Assembly (NCBI GenBank): GCA_010909165.1
Contig: VJWM01000196.1
Location: 248,001 to 312,000, forward strand
DNA: 64,000 bases
Source of the DNA: Anthoceros angustus
Lineage: Eukaryota; Plantae; Anthocerotophyta
Reading direction: 5' to 3'
The position numbers and the translations under genes were made by a program. Below are positions 48,256-60,000 of this stretch, in pieces. The stretch's first letter is position 1. Every line of letters starts with the position of its first letter. Under the pieces are notes generated by a model that saw nothing but the letters and a program-made list of their open reading frames with translations, was not told the DNA's origin and made no database searches.

Positions 48256-48699
48256 TCTAATGAAATGCACAATACAAATTCAATACTTTTTCTTAATTTT
48301 TTAGAGCACGTCGCGACGCTCTTGGGATTGTCGCGGCGTACGTGCGCGGGGGGCTCTAGGTGTGTCGGGGCCCGCGTGCGAGTTTTATCCGGTGTGTGCT
48401 TGGCGCAAGGTTGAGTTCGTTCGCGCTGGCGGCCACAGGTGCGGGGTGTGGCTTAGCGGTATAGTGGGGCGGGTGTGGTTTTGCGATGTAGCAAGGTGGG
48501 TGCAAATTTGCGGTGTAGCGAGGCAGGTGCGTTTTCTGAGTGCGCTTATGTGGTTCTGGCGTGGCGTGCAGAATGCGGTTTGTTGGTGCGGAATGTTACA
48601 AGGCTGATGTTTGGTCCGGAGCGTTATGATTAATGAGTCTAGGCGGCGTGGAGGGTTTTATTTTGGGGGCTGTTTTGGTTTTTCTATTTCCCTCCATGG

Positions 48700-50245
48700 G
48701 CCGCAACCGCCAGGGACACTACTGTTGTCCTCCTGACTCCGCATCTGGATGTGCCCTTTGAGACGTCGTCGGAGTCTTGGCAGTGGTTGCGGGGGTAGTC
48801 TGATCACCTCTTGGCCTTATATGAAGTGCGTTTGTCGAGACCCCACTTCTTTAGGTGGCTCCCGAAGTGCCTTTATGATGACATCCGCCTTGCCTATCGG
48901 CTTGCCTTAGAGCGCCTCGTGCAGGACCTCGTGCGGGATTAGGCTGCCTCGTGTGGGATGAGGCGCCTTGGGCGCCTCGTGCAGGACCTCGTGCGGGATT
49001 AGGCTGCCTCGTGTGGGATGAGGCTGCCTTGGAGCGCCTCGTGCAGAATCAGGCTGCCTTGGCTTTGTTCCTTTTTCTCCCTCGGTGGTATCTGCGTCAC
49101 TCTCTGGGCGGCTCTGCTGGCCACAACGAGGTTGCCTTCCGTTTGCTTTGCTTCCGGGAGGGGGATTAGGAGGCCCTATAGTAGGAGGGCCGGCGCTACC
49201 AGGTCTAGGTTGGACTCTACTAAGGTGGATCGGGTTCGTCCGAACCTCACGAAGGCGTATTTCAAGAGGTGCCTTTTTGTTCTTTCTTCGCAGGATCTAT
49301 CAGGTTTACTCCTGAGAGCTATTTATTCTAGCGGCCACTGTTGCGCAGGGAGAGACACCTCTCCAGATTTCTCAGGCGTTCTTGCGGGTTATTAGTCGCA
49401 GCATTGCTATCCAGCTCCATGAGCAGTTCCAGGCCCGTCTTCATCCCCACCAATTTGAGATTGCTACTTCGGGGGGCTGCGAGTCGGTCGCTTTTGGGAC
49501 TTAGGTGGTTCTCGAGTCCCGTTCGGATCGGGTTTCTTTGCAGTTCGACATGGAAACTGCTTTCAACACTATCTCGAGGAAATGACCATGTTTATGAGCT
49601 CAAGGGCCTTAATGACGTTGTGGGTCTTATTCCTTTTGTGCGCTCATTCTAACGGGTCTCCCTTTAATCTCTATTATCACCATGGACCCTCAGTGGAAAG
49701 GGTTTCCGTGCTCGACTCGGCGACAGGCACGAGGCAGGGGGACCCGATGGGAGATGCCCTCTTCGCTATGGTGCACTTCAGGCTCTATCCTTAACTGCCT
49801 CTTTAGTGTGGGAATGTCTGTATCTGTCTGTGGCAAACGATAACCATATCCTTGGGCCGGGGGCCAAGGTCAAAGAGACTTTTGAGCTCTTCTCCTCATA
49901 GCTCTCCCACCTTGGTCTGAAAGTTAAGATCTTAAAATGCCGGGTATGGTCCCGTACAAGTGTTACGCCCTCTCTCCATTATCTGAGAGGATATTGCTTC
50001 TTGAGGACTTGGTTTTAGGCATCTTGGTGGGGCTACTTGACCTTCATATCTTAATTTGTCGGCGATTGAAGAAGGACTTGGTGCATACTAGGGATCTTTC
50101 TAAATTAAGGGACCCATAGGTGGCGTTTAGCATCCTTTCTGCCTGCTTTGCGCGTTGGCCAAGGTATCTTTTGCGTACGGTGGCCCCCTCTCCGGCTTTC
50201 CTCTCTAGCCTGAGGGCCTTTGACAAATAGGCTATGTAAGCACTG
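48700..50245 (+). mobile_element. Decayed CRE-clade non-LTR retrotransposon, reverse transcriptase region, cut off at its 3' side
   Basis: Motifs PHQFEIATSGGCE, QFDMETAFNTISR, IPFVRSF, GTRQGDPMGDALFA, SVANDNHILGP (degraded xADD), and DP*VAFSILSAC...PRYLLRT. Confidence 0.8.
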
Positions 50246-53200
50246 TGTCATGCCATAGTCCTTACACATCGGGTAATTGCCAATTACAACTGAAAAGCAT
50301 ATAGATAAGCATGGTTGTTTAGGTAGAGAGCTGCTTTGTGATGAATAAGCGAATGCGACTTATTCACTGGTGGGGTTAGAAGGCGTGGCGAAATCGACTC
50401 GGTCATGGGCGTGGGAGGCGGGAGCAAGATGAGCGATCATGATGCGGATCGCATCTTGGCGGGAGCTTGGACACGTGATAAAAGCGCGGAGGCAAGCAGG
50501 CGGTAGGTGGTTGTTAGAGTCTTCGTTAGCGTGCTAGTTATGGTAGCCACAATGAATCACATCAACTTTTGAGACAATCGGGTTTCTTTGCTATGCTTGA
50601 GTCACCACTTGAAAGCGATCGGCTGGCGTTGCTGTGGCGATGACGCCAACTAAGCGAGACTCGGTGAGAATCGTATTCTGAGACTCGTGTTGTGATCAGA
50701 TCCTTTGTTTTGTTTCGACCTACCTTTTACTCTAACAACCACCTCGCACTGAGAGGGAGGCTAATTACGTGGTCTGTTTCCCGGTGGAGTTTGGCGCTGG
50801 TGTTTCGCGAGGACGGCATTGCTAGTTGACGCTTGATCAACCCGATCCCGGTTGCCCGGTGTCAATCGACTCACCGAATCTTACAGTCGGTGCTTGGATC
50901 GACCGGCTGTATGTTGGATCGAGGTTGATGTACTCTAGGGATTGAGCACTAGAGCTTACGGTGCTTGACACTTCCTTGGAGAGAAAGCTGAATTGTCTGA
51001 AAACCGAATTGGCCGTTCTGGAGGCGATGAGCCGAATCTTGATCGGTGCTGACGAATCAGGGCACAAGGTTGAGCTGCTCCTGTTTTTCAGAATCCTGAC
51101 ACTTGGCACACTTGGTGATGCATGTTGATGAGGGAGTGGGGGAATCTGCCTACCAGTTGAGATCAAGAGTGGTGCCTCAAGATACCTGCCGCCGACCGGA
51201 GGAATTTTCACAGACGGCGACAATTGTTGTGAAGCGGGTTGCAAGCTATTGAGGCAGCAGAGTCTGCAGAGAGCTCACTTCTTGAGAATCAGAGAGGATT
51301 ATGCGCTTGACTTGGTGACATCGGTTGGTCTCCATTCTACGCTATTTTGCAAGAAGAAGAGGTGCCAGGGACTACAGAGTCTAGTGGATCGACGACATGG
51401 CGAGCCGGTCATCGGCATCCAGGCGAGAAAAGTTCTCAAAGTGCACTCGGTCGCACGTGATTTCAAGCTTTACTTCAATTTTCTAACCGGTAGGTCAAGT
51501 TCAAACATGGCAGCCTTTACAATCGGTATATGTTTGAGCAACTTCCGGATACATGGTGATGAAGCTTTGGATGCATATGAGGCTCATTGTGAGAGATCAT
51601 TGAGTAGCACGCTTGCACCTAATCCGGCCTTCGGCCAAGCTTTGCGGTGGCGTATAACGGTTTGCATGCTTCCGCAGCTACACATCGTCGGGTATTGCGG
51701 CCGGGACTATTTCTCCTACTACGGAACCACCTACGGTGATTACCATGACGCCTCAAGAGAGGGCTGTAGCTCTGTGGGATTTGAAGTTATGGATGTGCAT
51801 GTGTGTTAATCCTGAGGAGTTCTTCATCATCTTGGAGAAAGCTGAATTGTCAAAAACCGGTGGCGTTACGGGCGATGGGCGAATCTTGATCGGTCTTGAT
51901 CGGGGCACAAGGTTGGCGCTCTGTTTTGAATCGACACACACTTGGTGATGCATGTTGATGAGGAGTGGGGAATCGCCTACCGATTGAGATCAAGTGGTGC
52001 CTCGGCATACAAGCATCGCCGACGGAGGAATTTTCACAGACGGCGACAATTGTTGTGAAGCACAGGTTGCAAGCTATTGAACCAGCAGTGCAGTGCGAGC
52101 TCACTTCTTGATCAGAGGATTATGCGCTTGACTTGGTAGTCGGTTGGTCTCCATTCTACGCTATTTTGCAAGAAGCGATTGTAGACGCGTGAGTCTAGTG
52201 GATCGACGACATGGCGAGCCGGTCATCGGCATCCAGGCGAGAAAAGTTCTCGGACACTGGTACTCGGACTCTGCGTGATTTCAAGCTTTACTTCAATTTT
52301 CTAACCGGTAGGTCAAGTTCAAACATGGCGCACCAATCGGTATATGTTTGAGCAACTCCGGGATACATGGTGATGAAGCTTTGGATGCATATGAGGCTCA
52401 TTGTGAGAGGCTGCTGAGTAGCACGCTTGCACCTAATCCGGCCTTCGGCCAAGCTTTGCGGTGGCGTATAGCAGGTTGCATGCTTGCGGTTGCTACACAT
52501 CGTGGTATTCTTCTTTGGGACTATTTCTCCTACTACGGAACCACCTCGGTGATTACCATGACGCCTCAAGAGAGGGCTATAGCTCTTGTGGGATTTGAAG
52601 TTATGGATGTGCATGTGTGTTAATCTGAGGAGTTCTTCATCATCTTGGAAAGCTTTTCCATTCAAGACACGAGAAGATAGCGAGCTTGCTGCCTTCACTT
52701 TCGGAAGAAAGGAGAGCGGTTCGGATGGCGTTTGAGGTCGGCGTTACTGGGAAGGACAGAATGCCACTGATCGTGAGGCTGCATAGAAGTTTCTTAGTGC
52801 TTTGGAGGCCGGAGTTGTTCCACTTTCGCTTGTTTACATCTTTAGTGGATAAATCGGGGACCAATATACGATCAAGTCTTCCGAGGCGAGCGGAAGGCGG
52901 CATTCTCACCGTGGAATGGGTTTTGCATCAAGACGCAAAGAGGCCACATTTACCCTCTATGTCGTTATAGTCCTAGGATTCGATCCCAAGGAATGGTGTT
53001 GTGTCAAGGTGTGCTAAATCTATGGATTCTAGACCTTGCGTCGCTCGCTACCCACCTTCTCATCTACCTGCCCAAACCCACCACCGTAGACTCGGCCACC
53101 GCGGTGGCGGTTAAACATGGCGAGCCGGTCATCGGCATCCAGGCGAGAAAAGTTCTCGGACACTGGTACTCGGACTCTGCGTGATTTCAAGCTTTACTTC

Positions 53201-53819
53201 AATTTTCTAACCGGTAGGTCAAGTTCAAACATGGCGCACCAATCGGTATATGTTTGAGCAACTCCGGGATACATGGTGATGAAGCTTTGGATGCATATGA
53301 GGCTCATTGTGAGAGGCTGCTGAGTAGCACGCTTGCACCTAATCCGGCCTTCGGCCAAGCTTTGCGGTGGCGTATAGCAGGTTGCATGCTTGCGGTTGCT
53401 ACACATCGTGGTATTCTTCTTTGGGACTATTTCTCCTACTACGGAACCACCTCGGTGATTACCATGACGCCTCAAGAGAGGGCTATAGCTCTTGTGGGAT
53501 TTGAAGTTATGGATGTGCATGTGTGTTAATCTGAGGAGTTCTTCATCATCTTGGAAAGCTTTTCCATTCAAGACACACGAGAAGATAGCGAGCTTGCTGC
53601 CTTCACTTTCGGAAGAAAGGAGAGCGGTTCGGATGGCGTTTGAGGTCGGCGTTACTGGGAAGGACAGAATGCCACTGATCGTGAGGCTGCATAGAAGTTT
53701 CTTAGTGCTTTGGAGACGGCCAGTTGTTCCACTTTCGCTTGTTTACATCTTTAGTGGATAAATCGGGGACCAATATACGATCAAGTCTTCCGAAGGCGAG
53801 CGGAAGGCGGCATTCTCAC
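50246..53819 (+). mobile_element. Probable LTR-retrotransposon 5' part (LTR-like 50246 to about 50770, then degraded gag-like sequence), internally duplicated
   Basis: Abrupt switch from CRE coding sequence to a TG-starting non-coding block, TGG-starting PBS-like sites at about 50770 and 50792, then frameshifted coding-like sequence. No diagnostic domain recognised. Confidence 0.4.
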
Positions 53820-54030
53820 CGTGGAATGGGTTTTGCATCGAAGGCCAAAGAGGCCACATTTACCCTCTATGTCGTTATAGTCCTAGGATTCGATCCCAAG
53901 GAATGGTGTTGTGTCAAGGTGTGCTAAATCTATGGATTCTAGACCTTGCGTCGCTCGCTACCCACCTTCTCATCTACCTGCCCAAACCCACCACCGTAGA
54001 CTCGGCCACCGCGGTGGCGGTTAAACATGG
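50981..54030. repeat. Block duplications arranged A-B-A-B-C-B-C (A about 400, B about 440, C about 465 bp)
   Basis: A starts at about 50981 and 51835; B at about 51396, 52210 and 53116; C at about 52649 and 53555. Confidence 0.9.
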
Positions 54031-57000
54031 CGAGCCCCACCAATGGCCCTTTGCGGAATCTCTTCCGCTTCGGACCCTATCGGACACCTATATCGCCTCA
54101 CCTTAGGAATTTGCGATCCTACCACGCTTCCACTCCCCTACGCGTTTCGATTTTCCCTCACACGCTCTCACAATCCCTCGGTAGCGCACACAACTACCTC
54201 AGGAACCTTTCCCTTCCCAATGAACTCTCTCCTCGTCTCACGGGCCACAGACCCCTTTCCCTTGGGCCACACGGACCCCTTTCCCTTGGGCCACACAGAC
54301 CCCTCTCATGGAATGAACACACACAGTGGCGGCGGTTGGAAAGAGGATCGGGAAAACCCGGTCGGTGCTTGGGCGATTCGCCTTCCAGATTCCCTCGGCC
54401 GTCGCGGCACTCCTACCTCTTTTTCGTGGCCTTCCTTCCGTTACCCGGCGTGGAGCTTGGCCACTCCGCTCTCGACCATCCGAGATCTTCCGGCCTTCTT
54501 GTGACGGAAGGCGGTCGCGAACCCGTTTGATCTTGACGGGCGTCTCCAATCAACCCCACTCGGCGGTTCGATACGGAAGTTCACACGAAATCGTCGCCTT
54601 GAGAGACACCCAAAGGGTCTCTTATACATCAGGCGTGGTCCAACACACTCACTTCTCTTTAGTGTCTAAAATTGTAGCTCCTACCACGGCGCCTTACCAA
54701 TCTAAGCAACAAGACTCTACGGTGATGGAACTCCCTATCCTCTACGAAAAACCCGGTCCTAGGCTATCGCGACTCTCCTAAAATCAGCTGCCGCCTCAGT
54801 TCTGCCTCGCCCTCGGCCCATGGGGACCCCTCTCGCTCTTGGCCTCGCCTCGATCCGGCGATTTTCCCCACAACCTCCACCTCGCTCTCCTTGCTGAATT
54901 TCCCTCGCGCCTTCCAGCGGACGTTGCCTTTGTGACCTCTATGTCCATTGTCCGCTCCTCCTGGACAACCATCGTGTGCTCCTCCCTCCACATGCAGCTG
55001 CGCCTCGCTCATCTCTTCCGGCACCACTTGCGGAGGATGGCGCCCGCTCCTACTCGAAGGAACCAGCAGTAGCGCTGTGGCGGTCAAGATGTCTGACCGG
55101 TGGTTTACGCCCCTCTGTCCCAACAACCACATACCGTTTAGGTGAGCACGCTCACCATGCGAGCGGCGAGGACATGAGCATCCTCATCCGGGCCGTAGCT
55201 GTCGCCCTTGATACGGTCCTTACCCTCTCCTCCGTGGACAATCCAGGCGGGCTGTTGATTCTCGGGGATCTGTCCCTCCATCTGCGACACTCCGTCGGTG
55301 ACTTCCCCACCTCGGTTCCCGTTCCACGGCGGTGGCTGGTTTAGCCACCGTGGTGGTTACTTCCACGGTGGTTGTTTGGCTCTGCGGTGGGCATTGCTCG
55401 GCCTTTCTTGGTTTGGCCACCTCTCTCTTGACTCGGCTAAACCCGTCTCTTTCCGCTTGTACCTCTCATGATTCTTGAATTTCTCCAAGGCGCCATCGCT
55501 TCCACTCTGGACTCGCGAGACCTCATCTTGAAGCTCTTCAATTGTAGCATCGCCCCTTGACTGATTTACTAAAGCTTCTGAGTGGACATGTGCCTTAAGC
55601 GCTCCATGCCTTGCATAAGGCCGCACTCCGTCTGCGCTCCTCGGCCGCCTTGCTCTCGCCTTCGGGCTCTCCAACTTCTCCTTGAGCAACTTCTCCTGTT
55701 GGCCTTGCACACTCGGCCAGTGAGAGCCATGGGCTTGATCGAGGAGATCCGCTGCGTCATGGTAGTCAAACCACCGCAAATCCCAAATTGGGCTGTCCCT
55801 TGCCCATCCGCCTCCACAACAATTCTCGTGTCACGGTGTCTCCTATCCCCACCTCGGTAGGACGGTTCGGTGAAATGTCGCCAAAAATGTCCGGAGCTCC
55901 GTTGCGGTCTCGTGAAGTTAACCCCTCCTCTCCTAGGGGTTGATGCCTTGCCTCTTCTCCCGCTTCATTCTCCCCTAGCGGCGATTCATCCACACAGGAG
56001 GGAGCAACATTTCCCTTTACTTTTCCTCCTTTACGCGTTCTGCTGTAGTCTTGACACGGTGACCACAGGTGTGGCTGTGGGTTCCTCCTCTCTGCGGCCT
56101 CCCTTCTTCGATCCCGTTCGGCCGTTCCCTTCGCTTCTTACCCTTGGAAACTTCCCCCCTCTTAGAACCTTCGAGCGCCTTCTTTGGAATCCTTGCAGAA
56201 TCCTCCTTCAATTCCTCCTCTTCTACCTTGAGTTCCACGGCCGGCTTCCAACCATGCGGGCGGACCGACTTCAACTCAGTTAAACACGGAATGCGCAAAT
56301 ACATGAATCGGAAAAGGCGAAATCAAGGAGGCCGAGGGAAGAAGAGGAAATTCGCCTTCTCCTCACAGGCTCTTTGAAAATCATCCTCCCCAATCAATTT
56401 GTGTACCCTTGACCACCTCGTGAAGAAAAACCAAGAAGTGATCCGCCATATGATCCGACTTAGGTTACAGGAAACACAAAATCCATTTGGCCAATCCCAC
56501 ATTGCGAACCGAGTTGGCGAGTCACCCGACCATTATTCACTCTCACTTCCCGGCTTCATGGCGCGGCGCTGCAGCTTTCAAGGTCTTCTTTGGGGTCAAT
56601 CACCAAGCTCCCATCCTCGATGCTTCTCGCCCCTCTGCTCGAAGAGGCCAAATCCGATTCTGCGGCCTTTTCCTCGCGTCACCCTCTTGCGACTTGGTCC
56701 TTAATTGCGGGCGCACTCTTGCACCAATGCGGTGTCGTAGCACCATTTCTTCTCCATGAACTTGAGACCCGGCTCACGCGCTGGCTCTCACTTTCCGATG
56801 GTCCATGTTGGGCCCTGCGTGAGTGAGATTTGACGCGGCTCGGGCGCCATCTCCTTCTCGTTGTCTCCCAAAACAAAACCTCGACTACCTGCGGATCACG
56901 GTCGGAAGAAAAAATCGAGCCGCCCTCGCGCGCTCCTTCCGCCTCCTCGCGAACTTGCGCGCCCGATTTCTCTCCTCCGCCGCGCTCTTCACGTCGCGCC

Positions 57001-60000
57001 TTCCTCCTGCTGCAGTGAGGCGGTGATTTGGCTGGCGTCGTGTGCCGCGCCCCTCTTGCTGACTCTCTGCCCCTCACGGAAAGTCGCGACCTCAGTCTTG
57101 GGTGTGCCCTTCTCCCGATTCGCTCGTGTAGTCCCGCTCCGCCACTAGGGTTGTAAATTCCCACAGTGCATGCGTCCGTTTCTCGTGGTGGTGGAACTAG
57201 CCACCACCCCACTTGACTACTGGCATGTGGCATGTGAGCATCCCTAGCATATATAGACACCTTTTATTCTAAAATTCCCAATACCCAAGGACTCTATTTC
57301 TACCCCTCACGGGGTCAAACCTAAGGGTCGAAAAATTATTATTATCTCCAAGGGCCAAGGACCATTCCGTATAAAAGACGACTCGACGATTCTCAAAGCA
57401 CTGCTATTCTAACACACCCAAAACAAAAAATCGTTCACCGACACTTGAGAGGGGTTAGTTCACATGTGGTCTTCCACATACTCCCTTCTCATTTGTTGGC
57501 GTCCTCGCCAACTTATTGGTAATATTTCTTGACCCGCCAACCGTTGTGGCGCGTTGGAGGTGCTAAAATCTTGGAGTTGAATTGATCCGTTGTCGAAAAC
57601 TTCGAAAACTACGAAGGGCCCCATCCATCGAGATGTAATTTACGGAAAGTGCATGTATCGGTTATCGTATAGTAAAGCGGATCCCGGGAACAACGTATTC
57701 TTGGCGCTTCAATCTCTTGTCGTGCCACTCCTTCCTCCTGTCTTTGGACATCCGCATAACTTGGAGGCTTGTTCTCTCCTCCGTGTGTCGTCTGAAACCC
57801 ACCAACCTTTCCAATGACTTTCCTCCGGCATTCGACTTGGTTCTGTATTCGTGGAACTTGAATTCTATTGGCATATGACGAATGCCGTAAGTAAGATAAT
57901 CTGAGGTTTCTGCGTTGTCACCTTTTCCATGATCCGATGCCACGTCTTGAATGCGATTTCATATCGATCATACGCATAGGCGGTGAGTTTGGTTAGGATC
58001 TTGCACAACAAGCCATTTGCCTTTTCCGTCGGCCATTGGCTTTTGGGTTATAAAGGCGTGGACTTCACATGGCGGCGTTGAAGTGGTTGGTCATGTTGGA
58101 GATTACGATTGAAATGTGTTCCTCATCGGACCGGCTCCGGTAACGGCCATAGTGATGATTTGCTCGAGCAGAATCGCTCGACGTGCGCCGAATCTACGGC
58201 GTGTGCTTCTACCATCCGCGTCTGATGTCTGTGGCCACGGGATGTATTGGTTTTGGCGAGCCTTGGTTTTGGGTGGATAGGACCGACAAAATCGATTCCC
58301 CATTTCTCGAATGGTGCGGTGCAAGTATGGGGACAAGGGGCCATTGGGTTGTTCTTTGTTGGCTTGCCGACCCTTTGGCAAGCGTCACTCACGAACTCCT
58401 TGGCATCCTTGTACATTGTAGGCCACCAATAGCCGACCTCAAAATTTTCCTGCATGTGACATGCGGCATAATGACCTCCGCCTCTTCTTCGTGTAAAGAG
58501 CTCGGGACTCGCTCACACCGATGCGTACCCATAACCGCTCCTGCCGTCCGGGGTGACTCGGTATAAATTCATATTGTGCCGTGTGAATGGTGCGGAGTAG
58601 TGGACAAGCACTTTGAATCATGTCTTGGATAGGCTGGAGGAATTTGGCCTGCCAAGATAATCGTATATCTCGATATGTTGGTCTTGAAGCCACCCTCCCT
58701 TCTCAATCGATCTGGCTCCCTCCTTCCGGAGGCTTCCTTTGGTTGGTTTGCAACTCCTATGACAGTGTCTCATCGGAAAGTCGTCTTCTGGTCCTTTTCC
58801 ACCTTTCCTGTTTTCAATCGAGATATGAAGTCGGCATTGATATGCTTCCTACCCTCTCGTTTCCTTTGTGAAGGTAAACTCCTGAGCGGCAAGATCCAGT
58901 GTCGTCCGAAGGTCGGGTTTATTCACAAGGTGTTTCAAGGCAAAGTGGTCAACATGGAACACAAATTCATACGAGAGGTAGTGTCGAATTTCGACCGAGT
59001 AAACCATTCCCGTGCTTGGCGCTCCGTGGTGGTATACTTTCGCTCGCGTCCGTTAGTTGTCTCCGGCATAGTAGATCGGAAAATCCTTCTTCTTCTCATC
59101 CGGCTAAGGTACCAATTGCAAATCTTTGAAACATCAGCAGCGTGGAACTTCTTACTCGATCCGGTCCTTTAGCGTGGGGCTGTAGCGATGTGGTGCGTAA
59201 GTCACAATGCTTCCTCCCGTTCGTCGTCCACTCCCGATCCTTCCTTAACAAGCTCGTTAGTGGGGCAGCCCGCTTGGCGAAATTTGGAGCAAGCGTCTAT
59301 AATATCCGACCATCCCGGGAACCGCGGAGTTCCTTTAGCGTTATTGGTGCTCTAAGGGTGGCGATGACCTTTACCTTGTCGGATCTACTTCTATACCTCG
59401 GCTTGAAAATTCGATGCTAGCGAATTCCTCGACATGCAGTAGCACTTTTACGGATGCGAGCATAATTGCGTTGCTCGGCGGCGCTCGAGGCCGGAGTGCG
59501 GCGGATGGTCGCCAGCGGGAATACGCGGTCGTCGGAAAACTTCCATAAAGTCGCGAAGGAAGTCCTTGAAAATTTTGATGGCTCGCATGAAGGACCAGTG
59601 CTCCGTCAACCGTCGCTTGTAAGCATATGTCCCCGATCGGTTGTAAGCGGTCGAGGCCAATCGCTCTCCCTAAGGTGCGGTGATTATACCAGTACCGTCT
59701 AGGAATGAATCGCCATTACACTGCGACGGATCCGAGGATATTATCGATGAAGGGTAGCGGAAAGTGATCCTTCTTGGTGACCTTATTCAACCTTCTCGGT
59801 CTGACAAACTCGGATTTTGCTGGCGCCTCTTAGGTACTACCACTATTGGAGCCACCCATTCGGTATTGACTATAGGATAGATCACGTCGCCTTGAGGTAC
59901 ATCTCCAAGCGATCCTTTACCTTGAGGAGTACTTGGTTAACTTGTCTTGTGGAATCCTTCTTGAATTGCTCACGGTTCCAAGTCAATCCTATGCTCGCCC

